Shown here piece by piece: positions 47,324 to 58,744 of a stretch of 64,000 nt of DNA. Each line of letters opens with the position of its first letter. Position 1 is the stretch's first letter. The notes below the pieces were generated by a model, which saw only the letters and a program-made list of their open reading frames with translations, was not told the origin of the DNA and did not search any database. Origin of the DNA: Gemmatimonadaceae bacterium (GTDB taxonomy: Bacteria > Gemmatimonadota > Gemmatimonadetes > Gemmatimonadales > Gemmatimonadaceae); assembly GCA_040901985.1 (NCBI GenBank), contig JBBDYC010000002.1, positions 21,873 through 85,872 on the forward strand. The letters are read 5' to 3'. Made by a program: the position numbers and the translations under genes.

Positions 47324-47929
47324 ATGCCGCCTCGCGTTCCGTGGTCCCTTCGCCGCCGACTCGCCTTCGGGTTCGGCGCCGCGCTTACGGCGGGGTGGCT
47401 CCTGTCGGCGCTCAGCGTGTACTGTGCGGCGTCGCACGATGCAGCGGTCCCGGCGGACGCGATCGTGGTGCTGGGCGCGGCGCAGTATCGCGGGCGGCCG
47501 TCACCGGTCCTGCGGGCGCGGCTCGACCACGGGATCGCCCTCTACGCACGCGGACTGGCACCGCGCCTTGTCCTCACCGGCGGGATCGCCGAGGGCGATA
47601 CGGCGAGCGAGGCGGCGGTCGGCCGCGCCTACGTGCTCGAGGCCGGCGTGCCGGATTCGGCGATTCTCCTCGAGAACGACGGGCGGACGACGAGTCAGTC
47701 GTTGGCCGCCGTCGCCCGACTGCTCCGCTCGCGGCAGATGGACCGGGTGGTACTCGTGTCGGATCCATTCCACGTGTTGCGCGCCTCACGGCTCGCATCG
47801 CGCGAGGGTCTCACGGTGCATACGTCCCCGACACGGACCGACAGCACGTGGCGACGCGTGGTGCGTCAGCCGACGTACTTCCTGTCGGAGACGGTGAAAG
47901 CACCGCTGGCGCTCATCGTCGGCTGGTGA
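47324..47929 (+). CDS. YdcF/SanA (DUF218) family protein
   Basis: N-terminal TM, ADAIVVLGAA, RARLDHG, LTGG, SEA, VSDPFHVLRA. Confidence 0.88.
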   Translation: MPPRVPWSLRRRLAFGFGAALTAGWLLSALSVYCAASHDAAVPADAIVVLGAAQYRGRPSPVLRARLDHGIALYARGLAPRLVLTGGIAEGDTASEAAVGRAYVLEAGVPDSAILLENDGRTTSQSLAAVARLLRSRQMDRVVLVSDPFHVLRASRLASREGLTVHTSPTRTDSTWRRVVRQPTYFLSETVKAPLALIVGW

Positions 47930-47969
47930 CCGCCACCGCGAGCGGCAACGTCGCCGCGAAGCTGCCTGA

Positions 47970-48530
47970 ATGAGCGACAACACCGGGCGCCTCGACGGCG
48001 CGCGTGTCTGGCAGCACCGCTTCCTCGACGCGCACGTTGATCGCGTGCGGTTCCCCGACGGATCCGTCGGCGAGCAGGTGCTGATCCACCATCCCGGCGC
48101 TGCCGCCGTGGTCCCGGTCCTGAGCGACCCGCGCGGGGCGGACCCGCAGATCCTGATGATCAAGCAGTATCGCTACGCTGTCGGTGGGGTGTTGTGGGAG
48201 ATCCCGGCCGGCCGCCTCGAGCCCGACGAGACTCCAATCGACTGCGCGCGCCGTGAACTGGCGGAGGAAGTGGGGTGCGCGTGCGAACACCTCGTTCCGC
48301 TCACCACACTCTGGACCACTCCCGGATTCACGAACGAGAGGATCCACCTCTTCGTGGCAACCGGGCTCACCCAAGGCGCCACCGCGCGTGAGGCCGACGA
48401 GTTCATGGAAGTGGTGCCGCTCTCGCTCTCTCGCGTGCTGGAGATGATTCGCGACGGCGAGATCACCGATGCCAAGACCATGGTCGGCATCCTCTATATG
48501 TCCGGCTTCGCCGGTGTCCTGTCTGGGTGA
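47970..48530 (+). CDS. NUDIX hydrolase (ADP-ribose pyrophosphatase-like)
   Basis: HPGAAAVVP, QYRY, EIPAGRLEPDETPIDCARRELAEEVG Nudix box, TPGF, DAKT. Confidence 0.92.
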   Translation: MSDNTGRLDGARVWQHRFLDAHVDRVRFPDGSVGEQVLIHHPGAAAVVPVLSDPRGADPQILMIKQYRYAVGGVLWEIPAGRLEPDETPIDCARRELAEEVGCACEHLVPLTTLWTTPGFTNERIHLFVATGLTQGATAREADEFMEVVPLSLSRVLEMIRDGEITDAKTMVGILYMSGFAGVLSG

Positions 48531-48588
48531 CACTAGAATAGTGCAAACGGGACAAGCTTCGACATTAAGACACGATTAAGATGATGTA

Positions 48589-48632
48589 ATTCAAAGAGTT
48601 AGGCGCTCCCGCAGCGTGGCATATGCCTTGCG
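48589..48632 (+). promoter_or_regulatory. Sigma54 promoter with IHF site upstream of the ECF sigma gene
   Basis: TGGCATATGCCTTGC at 48617-48631 (consensus TGGCAC-N5-TTGC); ATTCAAAGAGTTA at 48589-48601 (one mismatch to WATCAANNNNTTR). Confidence 0.75.
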
Positions 48633-48683
48633 ATACACATCAACGGGCAAGAGCCGACCGAACTCCTCTCCAGGGAGGAAGCA

Positions 48684-49322
48684 ATGGGAAGCGCCGCACT
48701 GAAGGTAAAGGACCGCCAACTCGCGTATCGCTCGCTCGACGAGCTCAAGACGCTTGACGATGGCGCGCTCGTCTCGGAATACATCGCCGGCCAAGGCCGA
48801 GCATTCGACGCGCTCGTCGATCGCTATCAGGGCCGGCTCCTGAACTTCATCTATCGGACCGTCGGCGATCGCGAGCGCGCCGAGGATCTCGTGCAGGAAG
48901 CCTTCATCCGGGTGCACCGGCATATCGCCCGGTTCGACCGGTCGAAGAAGTTCTCGACGTGGATCTATACCATCGCGTCGAACCTCGCCAAGAACGAGCT
49001 CAGGAATCGGTCCCGGAACCCACTGGTGCTCTTCCAGACGATGACGGCGAGCTGGGACGATGAAGAGCGGCCACTGGAGTTCGAGGATTCGACGACCCGT
49101 CCGGACGACCTGTTCCGGAAGCGTCATATCCGGTCGCTGGTGGAGAACACGGTGGCGCAGCTCCCGAAACATCACCGCGAAGTGTTCGTTCTCCGGGAGC
49201 TGGAAGGGCGCTCGTACGAGGAGATCGCCGACATCACGCATTGCAACCTCGGCACCGTGAAGTCGCGCCTGAACCGGGCCCGAAGCTCGTTCGCCGAGAT
49301 CATCGAGCCGGCACTGCAGTAG
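48684..49322 (+). CDS. ECF-type RNA polymerase sigma factor
   Basis: AEDLVQEAF, FSTWIYTIASN, REVFVLRELEGRSYEEIA..GTVKSRLNRAR; GGAGG SD. Confidence 0.95.
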   Translation: MGSAALKVKDRQLAYRSLDELKTLDDGALVSEYIAGQGRAFDALVDRYQGRLLNFIYRTVGDRERAEDLVQEAFIRVHRHIARFDRSKKFSTWIYTIASNLAKNELRNRSRNPLVLFQTMTASWDDEERPLEFEDSTTRPDDLFRKRHIRSLVENTVAQLPKHHREVFVLRELEGRSYEEIADITHCNLGTVKSRLNRARSSFAEIIEPALQ

Positions 49323-49374
49323 AAGGTACGGAAGGGGGGTGGGACCTCCGAAGGCCTGCTTTGCCGGAACGCGG

Positions 49375-49411
49375 AACGTCCTCCAGTGTATCGGAGGGCG
49401 TTTCGTCATTT
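49375..49411 (+). terminator. Terminator-like hairpin between the sigma and anti-sigma-like genes
   Basis: AACGTCCTCC-AGTGTATC-GGAGGGCGTT followed by TCGTCATTT. Confidence 0.55.
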
Positions 49412-49434
49412 CGGTCGCCTCGGAACCCCCGCCG

Positions 49435-49773
49435 ATGCCCTGCTCCCGATTCCGCTCCCGACATCTCGCGTGGCTCGATGCTGAGGTCCCCCTGGCCGAG
49501 GCCAAGCAGATGCGCACGCACGTGGACCACTGTCCGCGGTGCGCACGGTATGACGAGCGGATTCGCGAGGGGCTGCTTGCCGCCCGGCACCACCAGTTGG
49601 TCCGTCCGTCGAACCGCTTCCGGACCGCGCTGGCCCGGCGGCTTCGCGCGGCGACGGCGCACGGCGGGAGGGCTATATTGCCCCGGTATGGCGCCCACGT
49701 CATTCAAAGCGCTCAAGAAAGCCCTCGAGACCGGGGACTTCGCGCCGGCCTATCTCTTTTACGGTGCGGATGA
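49435..49773 (+). CDS. Short zf-HC2 (ZAS-type) anti-sigma-like protein, possibly truncated
   Basis: MPCSRFR..WLDAE..HVDHCPRC (HxxxCxxC); no TM; 3' end overlaps holA by 86 nt. Confidence 0.6.
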   Translation: MPCSRFRSRHLAWLDAEVPLAEAKQMRTHVDHCPRCARYDERIREGLLAARHHQLVRPSNRFRTALARRLRAATAHGGRAILPRYGAHVIQSAQESPRDRGLRAGLSLLRCG

Positions 49774-50746
49774 CCACCTGAAGGACGAGAAGGTCCGCGC
49801 GTTGGCTGCCCGCGCAACGGACCCGGCGACGCGGGACTTCAACTGCGAGATCCTCCGCGCCGCGGAGCTCGACCTGACGACGCTTTCCGGCGCGCTGGAG
49901 GCGCTCCCAATGTTGGCCGAGCGCCGCCTGGTGGTGCTGCGCGATCCATCGGCGCTGAAGAAACCGCTACGCGAGCGACTTGACCGCTATCTCCAAAAGC
50001 CAGCGCCGGAGGTGATTTTGCTGCTCGTGCTTCCGGCCGGCGCCAAGCCGGATGCCGCGCTCACCGCGCGAACCGAGAGCTACGAGTTCAAGGCGCTCGA
50101 GGACGGAGACCTCCGGAAATGGATTGCCCACGAAGCGCACGGCGCCAACGGCGTCTCGATTTCGGACGCCGCCGCGGTGCGACTCGCGACGTACGGCGGC
50201 AACGACCTCGCGCTGTTGGCGGGTGAACTGCGGAAGCTGGCGGCGTTCACCGACGGCGCGGAGATCACGGAGGCGGCGGTGGAGGCCGTGACCGGGGTCC
50301 GGCGCGGCGTCTCGCTCGGCGACTTGCTCGACCGCGCCGCGATGCGCGACACGACGGGAGCGATTGCCATGGTCGAGGAGGTGTTGGCGCAGCCCAAGCA
50401 GTCCGGCGTGACGACGGTGATGGCGCTGGGCGCGCAGGTGCTGGCAATCGGCTGGGGCGTCGCGGCGCGTGGGCGCGGGATGCCCGCGCACCAACTTGAA
50501 CGCGAGTACTTCGCGCTGCTCAAGGAAGCGGGCAACGCATTCACCGGGCGTCCGTGGGGCGAGGCGGTGAAATGCTGGGCGCGCGCGGTGCCGAAGTGGA
50601 GCCGCGCCGACGTGGACCGCGCGATGCCGCACCTGGTTGCCGCGGACGCCGCGCTCAAGGACACCAAGGTGTCCAGCGAGGCACAGATCGTGGTCTCGCT
50701 TCTCCTCGCGATCACGCCGCCGCTCGGGCGCCGGAGGGCGGCCTGA
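49688..50746 (+). CDS. holA: DNA polymerase III delta subunit
   Basis: PAYLFYGADD, RDFN, LPMLAERRLVVL, ELRKL, ADAALK; TATATT upstream of ATG. Confidence 0.9.
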   Translation: MAPTSFKALKKALETGDFAPAYLFYGADDHLKDEKVRALAARATDPATRDFNCEILRAAELDLTTLSGALEALPMLAERRLVVLRDPSALKKPLRERLDRYLQKPAPEVILLLVLPAGAKPDAALTARTESYEFKALEDGDLRKWIAHEAHGANGVSISDAAAVRLATYGGNDLALLAGELRKLAAFTDGAEITEAAVEAVTGVRRGVSLGDLLDRAAMRDTTGAIAMVEEVLAQPKQSGVTTVMALGAQVLAIGWGVAARGRGMPAHQLEREYFALLKEAGNAFTGRPWGEAVKCWARAVPKWSRADVDRAMPHLVAADAALKDTKVSSEAQIVVSLLLAITPPLGRRRAA

Positions 50747-51687
50747 TGCGCATCCTCCCCGCGCTCGCCCTCGTCGTCACGGTAATCATCGCGGATCCGG
50801 TGCACGCACAGATCGTGACGGATACGGTCTCGCCGGCAATTCGCCGCGCGCAGCGCCTCGTGAATGACGGCAATGGGGTGGACGGCCGCGCGCTGCTCGA
50901 CTCGATCCTGGACGCGACCGAGCCCAAGTCCGCCGACGAGGCGGAGGCGCTCTTCTGGCGGGCCACGCTCGCCGAGTCGTGGGGGGCGGCGGAGCGCGAC
51001 TACCTGCGCCTGATGCTTGAGCACGAGCAGTCGCCATTTGGCGGGCGCGCGATGCTGCGACTCGCCCAAGGCGAGCTGGCGCGCGGGGATCGCGACGCGG
51101 CGCTGCGCTATCTCGAGCGGCTGGCCACGGTCGTGCCGGAGAGTCCCGCGCGGGCGGAGGCGGGGCTCTGGCACGGACGCTTGCTGCTCGATCGCGGCGC
51201 GCGCGAGGAAGGGTGCCTCGTCCTGCGGCTGAACCGGCCGCGCGTGACGCCGGGTTCGCTCGAGTTGGAGAATCAGTACGAGTATTTGCTCCGTGGCTGC
51301 CCGGTAGGCGCGGCGGCTACGCCGTCAACGCCGCGCGCTGACACAGCGCCGGCCGCCATCACGCCGCCACCCGTCCAAGCGCCCGCCCCCACTCCCGCTC
51401 CCACTCCCGCTCCCGCTCCCACTCCCGCTCCCGCTCCCGCGGCGAGTGCCGCCGGGGCCCCGGCCTGGTCGGTGCAGGTGGCGGCCTTTGGCTCGATGAG
51501 CGAGGCCACGGCCTTCGCCGCCGTGCTCCGAACACGCGGCTACGACACGCGGGTGGATGGGACGACCGCGCCGTTCCGCGTGCGGTTCGGCCGCTACCCC
51601 ACCCGCGAGGCGGCGGCCGCGGCAATGCGCGACTATCAGTCGAAGGAACGCGCCGACGCGTTCCTCGCGCAGGTGCCGCCCGGGTGA
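50746..51687 (+). CDS. Secreted TPR-like + SPOR domain protein
   Basis: Signal peptide, helical repeats, PA/PT linker, WSVQVAAF..FRVRFGRY SPOR domain. Confidence 0.82.
   Translation: MRILPALALVVTVIIADPVHAQIVTDTVSPAIRRAQRLVNDGNGVDGRALLDSILDATEPKSADEAEALFWRATLAESWGAAERDYLRLMLEHEQSPFGGRAMLRLAQGELARGDRDAALRYLERLATVVPESPARAEAGLWHGRLLLDRGAREEGCLVLRLNRPRVTPGSLELENQYEYLLRGCPVGAAATPSTPRADTAPAAITPPPVQAPAPTPAPTPAPAPTPAPAPAASAAGAPAWSVQVAAFGSMSEATAFAAVLRTRGYDTRVDGTTAPFRVRFGRYPTREAAAAAMRDYQSKERADAFLAQVPPG
51381..51440 (+). repeat. 6-bp coding repeat (A/G)CTCCC encoding the PAPTPA linker
   Basis: ACTCCCGCTCCC runs inside the SPOR gene. Confidence 0.8.
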
Positions 51688-54347
51688 AGGGAGCCGCGGC
51701 GACGCCCCTGATGGCGCAGTACCGGGAGATCAAGGCGCGGCATCCGGACGCGATCCTCTTTTTCCGGATGGGTGACTTCTACGAGATGTTCTACGACGAC
51801 GCCGAGGTGGCGTCGCGGGTGCTGGGGCTTACGCTCACGTCGCGGAACAACGGCGGCGCGGCAGCGGTGCCGCTGGCGGGCGTGCCGGTGAAGGCGGCCG
51901 CCGAGTACGTGCGCCGGTTCGTCCACCAAGGGTTCAAGGTCGCAATCTGCGAGCAGGTGGAGGATCCGAAGCTCGCCAAGGGGATTGTCAGGCGCGAAGT
52001 GATCGAGACGGTGACGCCCGGGGCGGCATTCAGCGACGACCTGCTCGACGGTGCGCGCAACAATTTTCTCTGTGCGGTGCAGTGGGGGCGCACCGCTGGC
52101 GTCGACCGCGTGGGGATTGCCGCGGCGGACCTCTCCACCGGCGAGTTCCGGTTGATCACGGCGACGCGCTCCGACGCCGAGGCGACGCTCTCGCGGCTCT
52201 CGCCGCGCGAGGTGCTCGTGCCGGCGTCGGAGGAGGGCACCGCCGTCAGCGAGTCCGTTGACGCGTTGGTGCGTGGACTCGGCGTCCTCGTGACGTCGCG
52301 CGCCGAGTGGGAGTTCGATCCGATCCGCGCGGCGGATGCGTTGGCAATGCAGTTCGGTGTGCAGTCGCCGGAGGGGCTCGGAGTCGGAGCCGCGGACGAC
52401 CTGGCGGTCGGGGCGGCGGGCGTGCTCCTGCGGTACCTGCGCGAGTTGCAGCCCGCGGGCGTGCCGCACCTTGCGCGGCCGGCGGTTGAACGGCCCGGCG
52501 GCACGATGCCGCTCGACGAAATGACGCGCCGGAACCTCGAACTCGTCGAGTCGCTGCGCGGCGGCGCCGATACCGCCGGGACGCTCCTGGCCGTGCTCGA
52601 CCGGACGCAGACGCCGATGGGTGCGCGCCTGTTGCGGCAATGGATGCTCGCGCCGCTCACCGACGTCTCGGCGATCGAGGCGCGGCTCGACGCCGTCGCG
52701 GCGCAGGTGAACGCGGCGACCGCGCGCGCGGCGCTCCGCGACGCGCTCGACGGCGTGCGGGATCTTGAACGGCTGGGGGGCAAGGCGGCAGCGCAGCGTG
52801 CGACACCGCGTGAGTTGCGGGCGCTGGGCGATTCCCTCGCGCGATTGCCGGCCGTCGTGGGGGCGCTGGCGAAGGCCGAGCCGGCCGGCCTGCTCGGCGG
52901 ATTGGCCGCTGACTGGGACGACGCGGCGGACTTGGCGGGGGCGATCCAGCGCACGTTGGTCGAGCGACCGCCGCTGACCTACGGCGAGGGCGAGACGATT
53001 GCCCGCGGTGTGGACGCGGCGCTCGACGAATTGCGCGCGATTGCCACGGGCGGCAAGGACGCAATCGCGGCCCTGCAGTCGGCGGAGCGTGAGCGGACCG
53101 GAATCGGTTCCCTCAAGGTCGGCTACAACCGGGTCTTCGGTTATTACATCGAGGTCACGAACGCACACCGCGACGAGGTGCCGGAGGACTACCAGCGCCG
53201 ACAGACGCTGACCGGGGCCGAGCGGTATGTGACCCCGGCGCTCAAGGAGTTCGAGGAGAAGGTGCTGCACGCCACCGAACGGATGGAGGTGCTCGAGCGC
53301 CAGCTGTTCGAAGCGGTGCGGACTGCCACCGGCGCGGCAATCGGCCGACTGCAGGGGATCGCGCTGCGGGTGGCGCAGCTCGATGTGCTGGCGACCTTCG
53401 CCGAGGTGGCGGCGCGCGAAGGGTACGTCCGGCCAGCCGTGGACGACGGGCCAGTGCTGGAGATCAGGCGCGGCCGCCATCCCGTGGTCGAGCGGATGAT
53501 GCCGCGCGACCAGTTCATCCCGAACGACGTGATGCTCGGACCCGACGCGCGGATGATCATCCTCACCGGGCCGAACATGGCCGGCAAGAGTACGATCCTG
53601 CGACAGATTGGCCTGCTGGTGTTGATGGCGCAGATGGGGAGCTACGTCGCCGCGGCGGAGGCGCGCGTGGGAATCACCGACCGCGTGTTCACACGGGTCG
53701 GCGCGAGCGACAACCTCGTGCGGGGACAGTCCACCTTCATGGTGGAGATGTCGGAGACGAGCGCAATCCTGCACTCGGCGACGACGCGGAGTCTCGTGTT
53801 GCTCGACGAGATCGGTCGTGGTACGGCGACGTGGGACGGCCTGTCGATCGCGTGGGCGGTGAGCGAGCACCTGCACGAGCGGGTGGGGTGCAAGACGGTG
53901 TTCGCGACGCACTACCACGAGCTGACGCAGTTGGCCGAGGAATTCACGTCGGTGCGCAACTACAACGTGGCGGTGCAGGAGGCGGGCGAGCGAATCCTCT
54001 TCCTGCACACGTTGCGGCCGGGCGGGGCGGATCGCTCCTACGGGATTGAGGTCGGCCGGCTGGCCGGACTGCCGGCGCCGGTGATCGCCCGGGCGCGGGC
54101 GTTGCTCAAGGTGCTCGAGGGTGAGCATCTCGTGCCGGCGTTGGCGCGCGGCGCCCCCGCGCCGCCGGCGGACGCCGGGCCGCACCAGCTGGCGCTCTTC
54201 GGTGGTCCGGACCCGCTGGGGGACCGATTGCGCACCGTGGATGTGGACGCGCTGACTCCGCTCCAGGCGCTTGCGCTGCTGGCCGAGCTCTCGGCGGAGG
54301 CGCGGGGCGAGGCCCCCGCGGTCGCTCCTCCCGGCCGGCGGGCGTAG
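51684..54347 (+). CDS. mutS: DNA mismatch repair protein MutS
   Basis: TPLMAQY, FFRMGDFYEMF, TGPNMAGKST, LDEIGRGT, FATHYHEL, SYGIEV; QLALF clamp-binding-like motif. Confidence 0.97.
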   Translation: MKGAAATPLMAQYREIKARHPDAILFFRMGDFYEMFYDDAEVASRVLGLTLTSRNNGGAAAVPLAGVPVKAAAEYVRRFVHQGFKVAICEQVEDPKLAKGIVRREVIETVTPGAAFSDDLLDGARNNFLCAVQWGRTAGVDRVGIAAADLSTGEFRLITATRSDAEATLSRLSPREVLVPASEEGTAVSESVDALVRGLGVLVTSRAEWEFDPIRAADALAMQFGVQSPEGLGVGAADDLAVGAAGVLLRYLRELQPAGVPHLARPAVERPGGTMPLDEMTRRNLELVESLRGGADTAGTLLAVLDRTQTPMGARLLRQWMLAPLTDVSAIEARLDAVAAQVNAATARAALRDALDGVRDLERLGGKAAAQRATPRELRALGDSLARLPAVVGALAKAEPAGLLGGLAADWDDAADLAGAIQRTLVERPPLTYGEGETIARGVDAALDELRAIATGGKDAIAALQSAERERTGIGSLKVGYNRVFGYYIEVTNAHRDEVPEDYQRRQTLTGAERYVTPALKEFEEKVLHATERMEVLERQLFEAVRTATGAAIGRLQGIALRVAQLDVLATFAEVAAREGYVRPAVDDGPVLEIRRGRHPVVERMMPRDQFIPNDVMLGPDARMIILTGPNMAGKSTILRQIGLLVLMAQMGSYVAAAEARVGITDRVFTRVGASDNLVRGQSTFMVEMSETSAILHSATTRSLVLLDEIGRGTATWDGLSIAWAVSEHLHERVGCKTVFATHYHELTQLAEEFTSVRNYNVAVQEAGERILFLHTLRPGGADRSYGIEVGRLAGLPAPVIARARALLKVLEGEHLVPALARGAPAPPADAGPHQLALFGGPDPLGDRLRTVDVDALTPLQALALLAELSAEARGEAPAVAPPGRRA

Positions 54348-54374
54348 TTTCGTAGGTCCCTTCTTCCCCGACCA

Positions 54375-57386
<3,012 letters not shown>

Positions 57387-57390
57387 CCCG

Positions 57391-58323
57391 ATGCCCGAGC
57401 TCACCCCGCTGCCGCGGCCGGAGGGCCCGCCACCGCTGGTGACGCCAGCGGTGCTGTGGATCGTCGCGGCGCTGGGCGCCGTACACTTCGTGCAGTGGAC
57501 GCTCGTGCAGCCGGCCGACGTGCAGGCGTGGTTCTCGTTCCGGCGCGGTGACCTCGACGTGGGGCGATGGTGGGCAGTCGCAACGTATTCGCTTGCGCAT
57601 CCGAGTCTCTCGCTGGTGGCGCTGAATGTGTACGCGCTCGCGCTCTTCGGGCCGCGGCTCGAGCGGTTCTGGGGCACGCGGCGCTTCGTCGGCTTCGCGG
57701 CGCTCGCGGCACTCGGCGGCTGGATTGCGCACCTGTTCGTGGGCGGAACGGCGCCGCTGCTGGGCGCGTCGGCGGTGGCGTTCGGGGTGATGGGCGCGCA
57801 CGCGCTGCGCTGGGGCGGCGAGGAGCGCGCGTTGACGGGCGGCTTCACGGCGCGTAGCCGCTGGATCGTGGCGTTCGTCGGGGCGGTGGTGCTGCTCACC
57901 GGCATCCAGGAGCCGGTCGGCGGCGGCACCGCGTTCCTCGCGCACCTCGGCGGACTCGGTGCGGCGTGGGCGTTCGCGCGCGCCGCCAGCGTGCTCTTCG
58001 TGGAGCGATTCCGCGACGGCGTCTCGGCGATGCCCGACGATCCGCCGGATGACCAGCCCCCGCGCGCGGTGCCGAAGACGTTGCCACGCTCACGGGCGCA
58101 GCGCGAGTCCATTGACGACGTGGTCGCGCGGTCGAACGAGGCCGGCGCGCAGCGCACCGCGCCGACGCGCCGCCGCCAGAATCCGGATCGCCCGCCGAAG
58201 GTGGATGAGCCGCCGACGATCGACGAGATTCTCGACAAGATTTCGGCCGCCGGACTCGACGGACTGACGCCGGACGAGCGCCGCGTCCTGGACGACCACT
58301 CGCGCCGACTGCGCGACGGCTGA
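57391..58323 (+). CDS. Rhomboid family intramembrane serine protease with C-terminal DUF6576-like domain
   Basis: TYSLAH, FGPRLERFWG, GASA (Ser), AHLGG (His), IDEILDKISAAGLDGLTPDERRVL. Confidence 0.85.
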   Translation: MPELTPLPRPEGPPPLVTPAVLWIVAALGAVHFVQWTLVQPADVQAWFSFRRGDLDVGRWWAVATYSLAHPSLSLVALNVYALALFGPRLERFWGTRRFVGFAALAALGGWIAHLFVGGTAPLLGASAVAFGVMGAHALRWGGEERALTGGFTARSRWIVAFVGAVVLLTGIQEPVGGGTAFLAHLGGLGAAWAFARAASVLFVERFRDGVSAMPDDPPDDQPPRAVPKTLPRSRAQRESIDDVVARSNEAGAQRTAPTRRRQNPDRPPKVDEPPTIDEILDKISAAGLDGLTPDERRVLDDHSRRLRDG

Positions 58324-58337
58324 ACTTCCTCCCTCCG

Positions 58338-58730
58338 ATGCCACAGCCCGAGCTGCTCGAGACCTTCCCGAATCCGTATCCGGGCCGGGATTACGAGATT
58401 CATATGACGACGTCGGAGTTCACGTCGCTCTGCCCGCTGGGCGGGGTGGAGTCGGACGCGGCCGAGCTTGCGTTGCTCAAGGGCGGCGCGCCGGACTTCG
58501 CGACGATCGGCATCACCTACGTGCCGGACGCGCAGTGTGTGGAGCTGAAGAGCCTGAAGCTCTATCTCTGGAGCTTCCGGAACGACGGAATCTTCTACGA
58601 GCGCGTGGTGAACCGGATCCTCGACGACCTCTCGTCGAAGGTCAAGCCGCGGACCATGAAAGTGGTGGGGGATTTCAATGTGCGTGGCGGGTTGAAGAGC
58701 GTGATCAGCGCGACGTACGCCAAGCGCTGA
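58338..58730 (+). CDS. queF: PreQ0 reductase QueF (short type) with active-site loop insertion
   Basis: LLETFPNP, EFTSLCP..PDFA, ELKSLKLYL QueF motif, GIFYE, FNVRGG. Confidence 0.9.
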   Translation: MPQPELLETFPNPYPGRDYEIHMTTSEFTSLCPLGGVESDAAELALLKGGAPDFATIGITYVPDAQCVELKSLKLYLWSFRNDGIFYERVVNRILDDLSSKVKPRTMKVVGDFNVRGGLKSVISATYAKR

Positions 58731-58744
58731 GCGCGGTCCCGCGT

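Noticed and set aside
49366..49408. GGAAC repeats as an ECF-dependent promoter for the anti-sigma gene
   Set aside because: Spacing to the nearest CGTT/CGTC is over 20 nt, and the sequence is better explained as a hairpin arm
49241..49687. N-terminal extension of HolA
   Set aside because: Overlaps the sigma 3' end and anti-sigma ORF; HolA homology begins at ATG 49688
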